Below, one piece after another: positions 1 to 11,399 of a stretch of DNA of 37,326 bases (position 1 is its first letter; every line of letters starts with the position of its first letter). The stretch is taken from NCBI GenBank assembly GCA_000826855.1, contig JTLS01000051.1, positions 1 through 37,326 on the forward strand. The letters run 5' to 3'. Origin of the DNA: Basidioascus undulatus (Eukaryota). Both the position numbers and the translations under genes were made by a program. A model generated the notes under the pieces. That model saw only the letters and a list, made by a program, of their open reading frames with translations. It ran no database searches and had not been told where the DNA came from.

Positions 1-308
1 GTTGTCCTGCGCGCGCCGCGTCCACCCCCCCTCCCTGATCGCTCGCTGAAGCTCGACCTGGTGCGCCCGGGAGAGTAGGTGCCAAGCCGCAACGACATTA
101 GGCGGGCTTTTGGTTGGGGACCCGAGGAGGGGGATGAGGGGGAGGAGGAGGGAGGAGGGAGGTCCTGGCCTGGGATGGGCGTGGATGCATTGCTGTGTTT
201 ATCAAGCGAGCAAGCGAGAGGCGTGCGCAAATATCTCCGAAGATGCAGAAATCAATTTGTCCCGTTCCTTCCCCCTCCCTCCCCCCTACCTCCAGCGTTC
301 TACTCGCT

Positions 309-1301
309 CTACTTCGCCTGCTCGCCCCCAATCAAGCCGACGCCGACCTGCGCGCCCGCACCCGTCGCGGCCGTCTGCGCCTCCTTTCGGGAGCGCTCCG
401 CGAGCGACGCCTGCTGGTGGATGAAGTGCGCTTTCACCTCCTTGGCGCGGGCGATCTGGGAGGGGATCACAGCCGCATATGCATCAGCATCGGGTCGGTC
501 GGTGCTTTCACTCCCAGCGGCGCGCGATGCGAGACCCCCTCTGCCAGTGCGCGGCGATATCGCGCTCCGGACTGGGACGCCCCCCCTGTGCAAGACCTTG
601 GAGCTTAGCGCGCCCAACAACGCGCACACTGCACGAGCGCCAACTCGGGCGCAATCCGCAATCCTTCCCCAGAGACGCAACAGAGCCCAGGTCGTCCACC
701 GGTCCCGGGCCGCCAGCCCGCAGAGGGAAGAGGGGAAGGGGAGACCCACCTCCTTGTGGTGGTGCAGGCACTCGAGGTAGTCCTCCTTGGGCGCCACGCA
801 CTCCTCAGGCCGGTCCGCAGAGGCGTAGCACTGCCGGTGTCCCCCCCACATCATCCCCGCATCAGCCCCTGCCGCACCTCCTTCGGCGTGCGGGTGTACG
901 GACCTTTTGGAACTGGATGAGGTGGAGCGCAGAGCGGTAGGGGAGGAGAGAGCGTGAGCGGACGGGGAAAGGAAGAGGAGGAGGGGAAGGGGACGTGAGA
1001 GGAGGGGACGGGAGGGAAGGGAAGAACGCACCTCTTGCCAGTAAGGGAAGCAGCGCGTCCGGCCTGCCCGTCAGCGCACCAACCAATCCACCAACCCAAC
1101 CCACCAAATCAGCACCCTCAACTTTACTCTCCCCCCACTCCCCACTCCCCAGTTCCCAATCCTCCCTCCCCCTTCTCCCTCTCCTCATGTAGAACGCACC
1201 GCCAGTGTAGCCGAAACCAGACTGGCCCACGCATCCGCCCAATCAGCTCCTGTGCGTTTGCCCGCCCGAGCGGAGTGGGAGAAAATAGGGCGTACAGCCA
1301 T
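309..1301 (-). CDS. NDUFS5: NADH:ubiquinone oxidoreductase 15 kDa accessory subunit (NDUFS5-like, twin CX9C), 6 coding exons
   Basis: Spliced reading MA|SGFGYTGG|RTRCFPYWQE|FQK|CYASADRPEECVAPKEDYLECLHHHKE|IARAKEVKAHF...GGEQAK*. ATG at 1301, TAG at 309-311. Matches the fungal MASGxG..GG..RCFPxWQE..C..EDYxECLHHxKE pattern. Confidence 0.9.
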
Positions 1302-1839
1302 TTGGAAAGAGCGGGAGGGGGGGTGAGGAGGTGATGGGGGTGAGTGTTGAGGGAGGGCGAGGGCGGCCGAACGCGAAGCGGCGCATTGGCTGTAGATGGT
1401 ACTGTACTTGTAGCTCGCTTTGAGCGGCGGCGACAAACAATCAATTGGTCTTCAAATTGTCCAATGCATGCAGAGCTGGAGCTTTCTTAGATAATTCCCA
1501 ATTAACATTCTAAAACTTGAAAGAGCTGTGTCCGGGCTCAACAGGGGAAACCGGCCGTGCCGCACAAGTCCCCAATGACACGCAGACTCTGGGGAATCAT
1601 TCTGTCCCCTCGCAGGGAGCAAACGTCCCGACCTCTACATATTGCCACATTGCGGACGGTACAAGGCGTCAGAACGCAAGAACAAAAACAAGAAAAAGCA
1701 AGGAACTGAAAAACAAGCAATGGGGTACGAGTCTGGCACACAGTCTCAATCGACGGCAGTCTCACGCGACTCCGACGTTCAGACGACGAGAACAATCGAC
1801 AAAAGTGTAGGCAGCGAGTATAGTCTATCACTCATCCCT

Positions 1840-4800
1840 CTACCCACTCTCCTCCCCATTCATCCCCGCCTCTCCTATTCCCCTCCGCATCTTCTCCCCT
1901 GCCTCCTCCTGCTCGCCCTCCACCCCAAGCACAGCCCCGACCTCCTCCCGACTCCTCACCAGCAAGGTTCCGACGAATTCGTACCGTGCCTTGGGGTCGC
2001 GCACGGCGTCCTCGACCTCGCCGTACGCGCGCCCGACGCGCGCGAGCGCGGCGGCGTGGACGCGCACGGCGAGGTGCGAGGCGGTCGGATGGAGGGGCGC
2101 GAGGGCGGGGTGCGTGAGCGGGTCGATGGAGGAGAGGAAGGAGGAGAAGGTGCTCAATGCGGAGGAGAGCTCGCGTGGTGAGGTCGAGGGGAGGTGCGAG
2201 AGCGGCGTGGTGGGGTCGGACTTGGTGCGGATGGTGGAGAGGATCGGGTAGAGGCCGGAGGTGTGCAGGAGGCGGTCGTACTGCCCAATGTCATAGTGTT
2301 CAGACTCGGTGCGAGGAGAGAAGAAGAAAAACGAAAGACGCACATGAAGCTCAATTAAACGCTTCACCTTCTCCTCCACCCCTTGCCCGATCTTCCGCAC
2401 CCTATTCCGCGCAGCCTCGAACGGCTGGAGGACGCCCTGTTCTCCCGCACACGTGCCGCATTAGCCCATCGGCCATCTGCATCCCCCGCTTCCTCCCACC
2501 GAGGACTGAGGAAGCAGAAGACGCACCAGCACCCACATCTCGCAATTCACCTCCCACACGCACTTCTCCCACTCCTTCCCTCCCTCCTCCCCGCCCGCTG
2601 GGGCGAGCATCCCCCCCATGCGGTGACACATCTCGAGCGCGGGCTCCAAGCCCGCATCGAGGATCCGCTCCGCGAGCTCGTCCGTCTCGCTCTTCGCGTC
2701 GTCATCGTCGACGAGCGACGTAGAGTGCACCGAGAGGATCTCGCGGAGGATGGAGGTCGCGTCGCGGAGGGCGAGCGGGGGCGCCAGGGAGGCGTCGGGG
2801 GGCTGGACAGCATTGCGACGTGAAGTGAGCGAAATAAGAGAGAGAGAGGGAGGAAGTGAGGAAGGGTGAGATGAGGGGATGGACGATCAGACGCACGTGC
2901 AGGAACCGCAAGAGCGAGCGCCCCGCCGCGTCGAGCGTGTCAAAGAAAACCTTGTACGCCGTCTCGGTGATCCTGCGCCGTCAAACACACCCAAATCGCC
3001 GTTAACCGCCGCACCCTCGACCGGTTACTCCAGACCGAAAGAATGAAGAAAGAAACGAAAAGAGGGAGGAACGGGTAAAGACGACGCACTCTTCCAGCGT
3101 CCGCGTCAGGACCGCCTGGGGCCCGATCGAGTTGCGCATGGTGACGAGGTAGAACTGGACGAGGTTGGCAATCTTGAAGCTCGTGATCGAGCCCTCCTGG
3201 CTCTTGATGGTCTGGAGGACGCGCATCTGTCCACCCCCACCCCCACGCGCGTGTGCCCCGTCAGTCTTCCTCTCCCTCCCTAGGAGACGATACGATCTCA
3301 AGATCAAAGGCGAAGGAGACGGAGATGGGGAGGGAAGAAAAAGAAAAGAGAAGAGCGCACCCTAAGCGGGCGACACACGCCCTCCACCCCTCCGTCCAGA
3401 CATGCCCTGACGTCCTCCTCCTCCTCGCCGCTCTTGCCGCGCTCCCAGCTGCGGGCCTCGCCCACCCAGCGTCCCTCGCCCGCGCGGCTGCCGAGCAGGC
3501 TCTCGAGGAACTCGCGCTCGGACGCGCACGCCTGGTGCACCCACGCCAGCATGTCGCCCACGTAGCGCGTCGGTTCGTGCGCGTGGATCTCGATCGGGCG
3601 CGGGAGCCCGCGCGTCAGCGCGTGCTGGAACGTGGACTGGATGTGCGCGTGCCGGGTGAGGGTGAGGGTGTGGAGGGCGTCTCTGATTCATCAACGAGCA
3701 CCGTCCATCAGTCTCCGGCACCGGCGGAAGGGAACCAAAGAACCCGGCGAGGGGAGGAAGGAGCAGGGGAAAGGGAAAGGGGAAAGGGGAAAGACGGGGG
3801 GAAGGGGAGGAAAAGGGCAAGGGACAAGGGGGCGCACGACGCACTTGAGCAGCTCCTCCCTCTCCCTCAGCCTCCTCACAGCCTCCTTGAGCACGGGCGG
3901 GACGTCTGCGCCCGGCTCGCGCGAGTAGAGCGTGCGGAACTCGGCGACGACCCAGCGGTGGAGCTTTTCGAACCCGGTCTCGAGGTGCGCTGCCGTCGAG
4001 GCGACGATATCGAGCCTGGGTGCCGCCAAGTCTTGTTCAGCCTTCACTCGAGGAAACATACCAGAGGACAAAGAAGAGAGAGGAAAGAAGGCAGAGGGGA
4101 AGAGGAAGAGGAAGAGGAAGAAGACGACCCACCCCGCGCGTCCCGGATCCTCGGCCGCCCCGTCCGGATCAGAAGGCAGCGGCGGAGCAGAAGAAAGGAG
4201 CACGACCGCCTCGTCCCTGATCTGCTTGACGCGGTCGAGCGCGGCAAAGAGCTCTGGCCCCGGGGGCACGGTGCGCGCGGACAGGGCGTGCTCCTCTGCG
4301 AGCGTGAGCGTGAAGCGCGCGAGGAAGAGCGAGAGGATCGTCGAGCGGAGGTGGTTCGTTGCGCTGTGTGTGTTGGGGTGGGCAGTCAGTTTCAGGCCGG
4401 GAGGGGACCGGAATGGGGAATGAGGAAAAAGGACGGGGGTGAGGGACTGGGGAGGGATGGAGATGCGTATAGAGATGGGGCATGCAGAAAGGGGGAAAAG
4501 CGGAAGGGGAATGGAGAGGGAGGGGAAGACGCACCGCTGGGACCGCAGCCCCTCAGCAGCAGACAGCAGCGGCGCAGTCGCCCCGCTCGCATCGGCCAGC
4601 TGGCGCTCAACATCGTCGCAGCACCTGCGCATCGTGTCGAGATTGCTCTCGAGCGCGGCGAGTCTCTGATCTCCCCAGCCAGCTCCCACAGCGTCAGTCT
4701 CGCAGCGCCCGGCGGAACAGAGGGAGCACCTACCTCGTCCACCTCCTTGAACGCGCCCAAGAAGCGCCGACTCCCCTCCGCCAGCTTGGCCTGGGTGTCC

Positions 4801-5150
4801 CTCCTCAGCCCGCGCCTTGCGAGCGCCGCCGCGCCCGTCGCTGCTGCCCTCCTGTCGCTGTCCCTCTCCCTCTCCGCGACGTCCGCCTCCCGCTCCTCAT
4901 CCTCCTCGCTCTCGCTCTCCTCCTCCTCGGCGGCGACAAGCGAGCGTTCGGGAGGAGGAGGCAGCCCCTGACCGTAGTAATTTCCTACGACGTTGAGGGC
5001 CTCGCGGGTGGAGGGGTCGTCGAAGGACGAGCCGAGGACTTTGAGCAGACGGAGGGAGATGGGCGCGCGGAGGGCCGCGGAGGAGGATGCCGACGGGCTG
5101 GGCGAGAAGAGCGAGGGCGACGGAGGCGGGCGCGTTGGGGTGAACGCCAT
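1840..5150 (-). CDS. COG6: Conserved oligomeric Golgi complex subunit 6 (multi-exon)
   Basis: N-terminus ISLRLLKVLGSSFDDPSTREAL; internal GDMLAWVHQACASEREFLESLL and VLQTIKSQEGSITSFKIANLVQFY; C-terminus AYGEVEDAVRDPKARYEF...LLVRSREEVGAVLG. All resemble fungal Cog6; GT-AG introns lie between blocks. Confidence 0.92.
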
Positions 5151-5490
5151 TGGGGGGTAGCGCGCAATGCAAGATGGTATATCACAGAATGGACGAGCCT
5201 GAGCGCGCGAGGCAGGGCAAGGTGAGGTGGACGCGATGAGGTCGCGAGCGTGGGAGTGTGCACGAGCGGTGGCAGGCAGGCAGCAGTACCTCAGTCTGAG
5301 TGAGGCCGGCTCGCAGTCGGCTGCATGCGAAAGTTCGAATCCGATGGTGTCTCAGCGACCAACTGCAGCTTTCTGAGAAAACGACAAGGAAGCCGCTCAT
5401 ATTCGCCATCGGTCATCACCGAACAACATACCGCGAAATCCACACAGCTACGGTCCTCGACGACATGTACGTAACTCAAGCGCGCTTTCG

Positions 5491-7470
5491 TCACTGCATC
5501 CCTTCGCCTCCGCCCAACTTATGGCAGGCATAACGCAGCTCGCCGAAGACGCCGCAAAAACAGTCGAGGTGCACTGCGAGCTCCTCCCGCTTAGTGCCGA
5601 GGACGGCGCGTTCGCATGCTGAACCCCGGACCGCCTTGCACACTGAGCTGCCAAGAACTTCGCGCGCGAGGACAGACAGCCCATTTACGCATCGGGGATT
5701 CTCCGTCTCGACGACCAGGGCGTGCGCGATCGCTCGATCCTCGTCGTTGAGGCGGGAGGCCCCGTTGTCACCGGTATACTGCACGCAGACTTCGAGTACG
5801 CGGTGTACCTGCCTGCGCTGGCGCAGTTTCAGGGCATTCAATGTCGGGGTCTAGGAAAGCTGGGAACAGCCTTTGGGATATTCCAACTCATGGCGAGCCG
5901 CTCGAATGTGCACATCTCCAACTGCGATTCATGCAAAAACGTCTTCGGCAAGGAATGGGAAGCCTTCCAGCTCGCGCGCCCACACCGCTGCACCCTCATG
6001 GTCGCCAAGTCGAACTGCCGGATCTGCCCCTCTTGCCCGCCGCTGATGAAGTCGAAGACGAGCTCGTCGCTGAATGCGAAGGTCCGAAGCGCGGGACACG
6101 ATTGAGAGAGCAGGAGGCAGAACGCGTCGATGTCTAAGGAGGACGGTTCGACTCCCTCGCTAGATGAGCGCTCAACATTGAGGTTCAGGCTTAGGTTGAG
6201 GCTGCGCAGGCGGGTGAAGGGCGCGAGGGCTTTGGCGACGGCCTGCGACTGTGCGACGTCGAATCCCCCCGCAGCGTCTCCACAGTAATCGAGCATTTGA
6301 AGCGAACCGTACAAGCACGGCGCGCGGGCCAACAGTCCGTTCTGGATGCCCGCCCCGCTGTCGCTGCCTCGAACCCTGAACGCCTTCAAGGGCAGCTTCC
6401 GCGCCTCGACAAGATCCAAAAGAGCAGAAACACGATCATCCGGGCCAGAACTCGGGCCCCACGACGCCTCGAGCTGCGTGAGTGGAGGCCGCGCGTCGGA
6501 ACGAAGGAGACGGCAGGCGCTTGCAATGCTGCACGCTAGGCTGGTAAGGTGCGGGAGTGCCGAGGCCGGCAGGCTATCGAATGGCCCCGAGCTGTTGTGC
6601 CGCCCGAGACGCTTGATGCGGAGGGCGGTGAGGTGCGGGTGGGCGAGGAGGAACGAGCGGAAGATCGAGGGCGAGGACGCGAGCGGGGTGTTGATCAGTG
6701 TGAGCGAGGCGAGCTGCTTGAAATGTGTGGAGGACTGAACGATCTCGTCGAAGGAGGGTCCGGAGGACAGGCATGAGCTGGAGAAGATGCTCAGTCCCCG
6801 CAGCGTGCCTGCGGACGCCATGATCGAGCGCTGGACGAAGACAGCTAGGAAGGGCGCTTTGATCCAGAGATCCCTTGATAATGAGAGACTCGAGACGTGT
6901 AAGGGGCGCAGCGTTGATGTCCCCCAGCCACTGGGTGTTCGCAGAGTGATCCTCTGCGACGTCAACGTGCAGGTCGAGGCGGCGAAGGCGACCCAACGTC
7001 GAGAGCGCTCGGACAAGCTGCACGGCAACTTCGACGTCCCCGAAGTCTAGGATATCGGCGTGCACCTTGATATTATGCAGTGGACCCGAGCCCGTCCCCA
7101 GCCGCTCGAGCCGCCCAACAGCCTGGACAAGATTCCCGATCGCGGCTACCTTCTTCTATCGCGTCGCCGGATCCACGAGCACCATCCCCCGCCCCAGCAC
7201 ATCCTTATGGCCGAGCGCATATTGATCGGCGTGGAGTTCGATCTCTCGGATGTATCGATCGAAGAGGGGTGGAAACGCAGGAGCGTGCTCGGTCAGATCG
7301 AGGATAACGGTCGAGTACAGATAAGGTAGGACGAGGTTGTGGAGCGTGCGACACGTCAGTGATAGTGAGTGCATGTCGAATATCGAGAGTAAGATGTCGC
7401 CCAAACATTGCCTGATGAGCTCGTTTGTGAGCAAGAGAAGAGGAGGATGAGCGGGAGATGAGGACCACAT
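5491..7470 (-). pseudogene. F-box / leucine-rich-repeat (RNI-like) protein, disrupted
   Basis: F-box-like start LLLLTNELIRQCLGD...LSLTCRTLHNLVLPYLYSTVIL. In-frame TAG at 7156-7158, after which the same frame continues into LRR-like LGRLRRLDLHV and LTRLESLII. Frameshift near 6852-6854 into ORF 5838..7028 (LASLTLIN, HLTALRI, HLTSLAC, FTRLRSLNL, CPALRTF). A possible second shift near 5846-5849 leads into ORF 5491..5841, so the 3' limit is uncertain. Confidence 0.72.
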
Positions 7471-7505
7471 GATGGATGAGCGGGAGATGAGGACCACATG
7501 ATGGA
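7445..7505. repeat. Perfect 29-bp tandem duplication spanning the F-box gene start codon
   Basis: GGATGAGCGGGAGATGAGGACCACATGAT at 7445-7473 and 7474-7502, plus GGA. Confidence 0.95.
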
Positions 7506-7871
7506 CGTGAAGAGAAGAGGAGGTACACCGGCGGCTCGCGCTTGAATCGCTGGCTGTTGGGTCCGCATGGCGTTCTGTTGGCACGCACAGCAGGTCGCTT
7601 ACTGGAGCTATCCAAGGATAACGTGAGGGAACAACGTTTTGTCTATCGTCGAGAACGCAGTGCTTCTCCGCTTTAAGGCCCTCATAGGGCACTCATACCA
7701 CTGCTTGCAGTTGGTCCAATACTCAGACTCCTGTTCCGGTTGCTGTAAAGAACAAAAAAACACTATCGCGATGTTTGAATCTTTTCAGACAGTTGATATT
7801 CATCAGAGATTGTGGTCTTCAGCAAGTAGATATTGCACCTGGTTAAGAAAATCAAGACAGCTCTATACATA

Positions 7872-7943
7872 AGCTTGATGGCGCAGGGGAAGCGCGGTGG
7901 GCTCATAACCCACAGGTCTCTGGATCGAAACCAGATCAAGCTA
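7872..7943 (+). tRNA. Initiator tRNA-Met (CAT), intronless
   Basis: Acceptor AGCTTGA/TCAAGCT with A1:U72 and discriminator A; D arm GCGC-AGGGGAA-GCGC; anticodon stem GTGGG/CCCAC with three G:C pairs and loop CTCATAA; T arm TCTGG-ATCGAAA-CCAGA with initiator-type A54/A60; TTTT run just downstream. Confidence 0.97.
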
Positions 7944-7946
7944 ATC

Positions 7947-7950
7947 TTTT
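7947..7950 (+). terminator. Probable RNA polymerase III terminator of tRNA-iMet
   Basis: TTTT three bases after the tRNA discriminator base. Confidence 0.6.
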
Positions 7951-8340
7951 GTCCCCCCCACCAAGGGCAAAAATCACGTAGCGCACAGGTGCTGCCTGAC
8001 TTTTCCGATGCTTCACAACCCCTTAAAGTTCGTCGGCTTGAAGAGCCGTGTCACATATTTCGCTCAGGCTCATTCCGACACTGCCGCTTTCTGTGTATCT
8101 AGTGTGCAAGTTTGGCGCAGTCCGCTCTGTGTAGAAATCATTGGTATTTATTTAGATTTACATTATGCCTCAGAAAGAAACAGGGCTCAAAACAATTAGT
8201 GGACACAACAACAGCATTCTCGAGCGTGATCCCATGGCCAGCCGCGACCACCCAATCTGAACGCTTAGCGGACCATCAACGTGCGCAGCAGAGAAAATGA
8301 AGATGGACGTACCTCAATCCTCTGCTTTGTCTTTACCGAT

Positions 8341-9248
8341 CTACCGATACAAACGCAGGTCGTTGAGATCGATGCCCATCTTGTACAGAAAGTAGCTGAG
8401 GTTGACCTCGTCGTCCCGGACCCACATGAAAGCCGGGTGGCGAGAGAGTTCGCTCGGTTAGAAGACCTCGGAGAACGCGAAGTTGATGAAGATGACCTCG
8501 AAAGCGCCGCTGTGGCTATTGTCATCGAGAGGGGGGAGGTGGCGGACGAGGATGTTGCTCCGCGCGAGCCGCCGTGCGAGACGCCGTGCTCGTGGATGCG
8601 GTGAAGGACGGAGAAGACTGTGCGTCCCTGTGAAATTCTCTCATGTAAGTCTTGCTTGCATGTAAACTACTCTTAAGAGGGCAAGGGAGGACCATCAGCC
8701 GAGGGTGGCTCAGAAAGTGTCCGACAGACTGTCGCGGCGCACCTCGAATATCCCCAGACTCCACGGCACCTCCCGGCCCTGCATGTCCCGCAAGCACTCG
8801 TACGCCGCCTTCTCAGCGAGCGCGAGGTCCCAGCGGCCCTTCGGAGTTTCCTTCGAAGATTCGGGCGGAGGGAAGCGCCGGGGGTCGTACACCTTGACGA
8901 GCACCTGCCCGTCCGTCTCGCGCCGGCACACTTGCGCCCAGCACTCGTACCGACGAAGAGGGGCCCTCCGAGGCGGAGCATCACCGGATTGGGGTTCTAG
9001 GGAGAGGGAAGGGGGTGGTGTGGGCGCGGACGCTGAGGCGTGTTGGAGGCGCGGGGCGGAAGAGCGGGTGCGTGGGATAGGCAGGTGCAGCTGTGGCAGT
9101 GGTAGTTGCGCTGAGAAGGAAGGGAGACCCGGATTGTAGCACCAGGCTTGTAGAGAGAGATGGTTTCCTTGTGGGATTGGGATTGGGAGTCGGTGTCGGT
9201 GTCGGCGTCGTGCAGTTCGGGATCCTGGTCCGTGCACAGCAGCGACAT
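8341..9248 (-). pseudogene. Fungal protein-kinase-like (PKL fold) gene, disrupted
   Basis: Fragments WAQVCRR..VLVKVYDPRRFP..LALAEKAAYECLRDMQGREVPWSLGIFE|intron, then VFSVLHRIHEHGVSHG/LARSNILV...VIFINFAFSEV. Stops at 8997-8999 and 8458-8460; frameshifts near 8945 and 8570; the catalytic-loop Asp is lost and DF reads NF. Confidence 0.78.
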
Positions 9249-10337
9249 GCTGGGGATGTCGAGAAAATGTGGTGAGTAGAGGGGAAATGGGAATGGTCGG
9301 TAGAAGGCCTATGGCTTGGAGATATTGGCAGGACAGGACTTGGTGGAAGAAGGGAGAAAGGAGACAGAAGGCGCGCCGGACGGCTCTTTCGCAAGGAAAC
9401 CGCAACAACATCCTGCGATCTGCGATTCGAGACGCTCTTCTTGGCTTGTACCCCAGTCCATCTGGGGTGGAAGACTCCGTTTACTCTTCCAATTCGCCTT
9501 TTAAGGGTGTTGAAACGGTCGTTTGTGGCTGCGTCCTACTGCTACGATCTTGTGCGGCGTCATTACGGGCCTTCCTCGGAAGAGTGCCGAGGCTGGCGAG
9601 CTTGGTCGAGGAGTGGACATCCAGCGTAGATATTGTGAGGCATTGAGACATGGATATCGGACGGACTTCAAGGGTTGCGCAGGTTCACATCCCGAACTCG
9701 TCCTCAATCCATTTCGCTGTGCGGTGGAAAGCATGGAAAGTTGCCTGCTGGCCAGACAGCTTGCAGCATTGTGAGATTGTGCCGGAACCGAGCCTCTTTT
9801 GCATACTGTAACCCAAAGCTTTTAAAGAAGTGAAGCAGGGACCAAGAGGCATTTTCAGAAGCAAATGTGGAGCGGACGCGGCGAGCGAGGACTGGAGCCG
9901 TCCTGGCACTGCTGTGTGGCTTTGTTGAAGAAAAAGCGAGGATGACACGATGCTTGCAGGGATTTTTGTGGGGAGCGTAGGTGATGATGTAACAGGATGT
10001 AGAGGCCACATGAGGATGTATGCATGACCCCGGACAGTCACCACGTGCGGAAAGTCGCCCGTAACGAGGCAGCACCAAAAGCAGCAGTACCACCTTGGCG
10101 CCATTCTCTCCGCTCGCTCCGTCCAGATCCACAGCTGCCCGACACCCAACCTATCCATCCCACCAACCTGCATCCCGCATCGAACCCCGCGCCTCACCCA
10201 TCGCTCAATCATTCCCTTGCACCCGCCGAATCCACCCAGCCCCGCGTCCGCCGGCGCGTCCATGCGCACGCCGCGCGCGACCCGGTCTTTCTGCTGCTGC
10301 GCTCCGAGGCAGGGACGAGGGGCTTCCCCGCCGCGGC

Positions 10338-10989
10338 TCAGTCATCGCGCAGGTCGTCGGGCTTGACGATCCCGCTCGCGAGGCGGTAGTAGACGATGGA
10401 GGAGTCTGTGCCTGCGATGGCGAGAAAGATGGCTTGCGGGGAAGGGGTGATGTGCGTGAAGATGTTGCGGAACCTGGTTGGTGTGAGAGAGGGGTGAGTA
10501 TGATGGTGTGAGGGGCAGAGGGGTGGGGTCGGGGACGTACCAGGCAAGGGAGAGCGAGTCGGAGAGCTGGATGGGGACGACGATGCGCTGGGCGGCGTCC
10601 TGGGCGGAGACGGGAGTGCGTGAGAAGGGGTGAAGGGAAGGGGAGGAGAGAGAAAGAGGATGGACCTTGTGCGATTTCCGGCCGCGGATGATGGCGTACC
10701 CTGCGTCAGGGACGTCGACGGGCGTGACCTCCGCCCATCCTTGGGCTGATTCCCCGCATTTAGCTGGGTTTCTCGCGTGTCATGGATGATTGGGACGCAC
10801 AAAGGGTGAGGTCGTGGAACGCCTGGAAGAGGGCTGCGGTCTGGGTGGGGTACTTTTGACTGAGCTCGAGGAGGGGGCGGAACTGCGTTGTAGATGATTG
10901 AGTATCGCAATGAGGGGAATGATGGAAGCGGAATTGCGCACTGAGGGATGCTCCTCCATCGTCTGCAGCTTCTCTGTCGTTGCGGCCAT
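10338..10989 (-). CDS. SEN15: tRNA-splicing endonuclease subunit Sen15
   Basis: Spliced MAATTEKLQTMEEHPS|FRPLLELSQKYPTQTAALFQAFHDLTL|..GWAEVTPVDVPDAGYAIIRGRKSHK|DAAQRIVVPIQLSDSLSLAW|FRNIF...AIFLAIAGTDSSIVYYRLASGIVKP. The LAI..DSSIVYY C-terminus is characteristic of Sen15. Confidence 0.9.
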
Positions 10990-11399
10990 TGTCGAAACAC
11001 CGTGGTGACCGTCAACTTGAAGCGGTAAGCTCTCGCTGGGGAGGAGAGCATCCTTAAGCAGCGTGCGAACGGCGTACGTAACAACCGACGCGTCCTCGAG
11101 TATCTTATCCTTATCCTCACCCTCAAACCCCTTCTTGCTTTCGCTTGTCCATCTTCTCACTCTCACACCCACCCCTCTTAGCCCCCATAATGTCCGCTCT
11201 CAACTGAGCGCACCGCGGTGCCTCGCCCGCCCCGCCCCAAGCGCCCGCCTGCGTCGCTGTGCTGTGCCCCTCACACCACACCACACCTCGCCCGCTCGCT
11301 TACTGCTCATTTGAATCACTCGATCAAATTCAATCAATTCCCACATCGAGCCCACTCGAATCTGCCCTATAAATCAAAACGCATATCCCCGCCCGCGCT
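10990..11399. promoter_or_regulatory. Divergent (probably bidirectional) promoter region SEN15 / GCN2
   Basis: 410 bp between head-to-head start codons; pyrimidine-rich, with TATAAA at 11368-11373. Confidence 0.5.

Noticed and set aside
1..300. Possible 3' end of a + strand gene at the window edge, and ORF 79..780
   Set aside because: Several frames are plausible and no motif is recognisable; the long ORF overlaps NDUFS5 in antisense.
3253..4971. 572-aa + strand ORF
   Set aside because: Antisense shadow of COG6 exons and introns in GC-rich DNA; no domain.
5320..5345. B-box-like GTTCGAATC (similar GGTTCGA at about 6145 and on the minus strand at about 10180)
   Set aside because: No cloverleaf or A-box could be folded around them.
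7156..7158. In-frame TAG as programmed readthrough or recoding
   Set aside because: No readthrough context, and the gene also has frameshifts, so decay is the simpler explanation.
8626..8681. CCCT...AGGG ends resembling piggyBac termini
   Set aside because: Only a 4-bp match with no flanking TTAA duplication; the AGGG is part of the intron acceptor tract.
9269..10330. Several 60-190 aa ORFs on both strands
   Set aside because: No recognisable motif or consistent exon structure.
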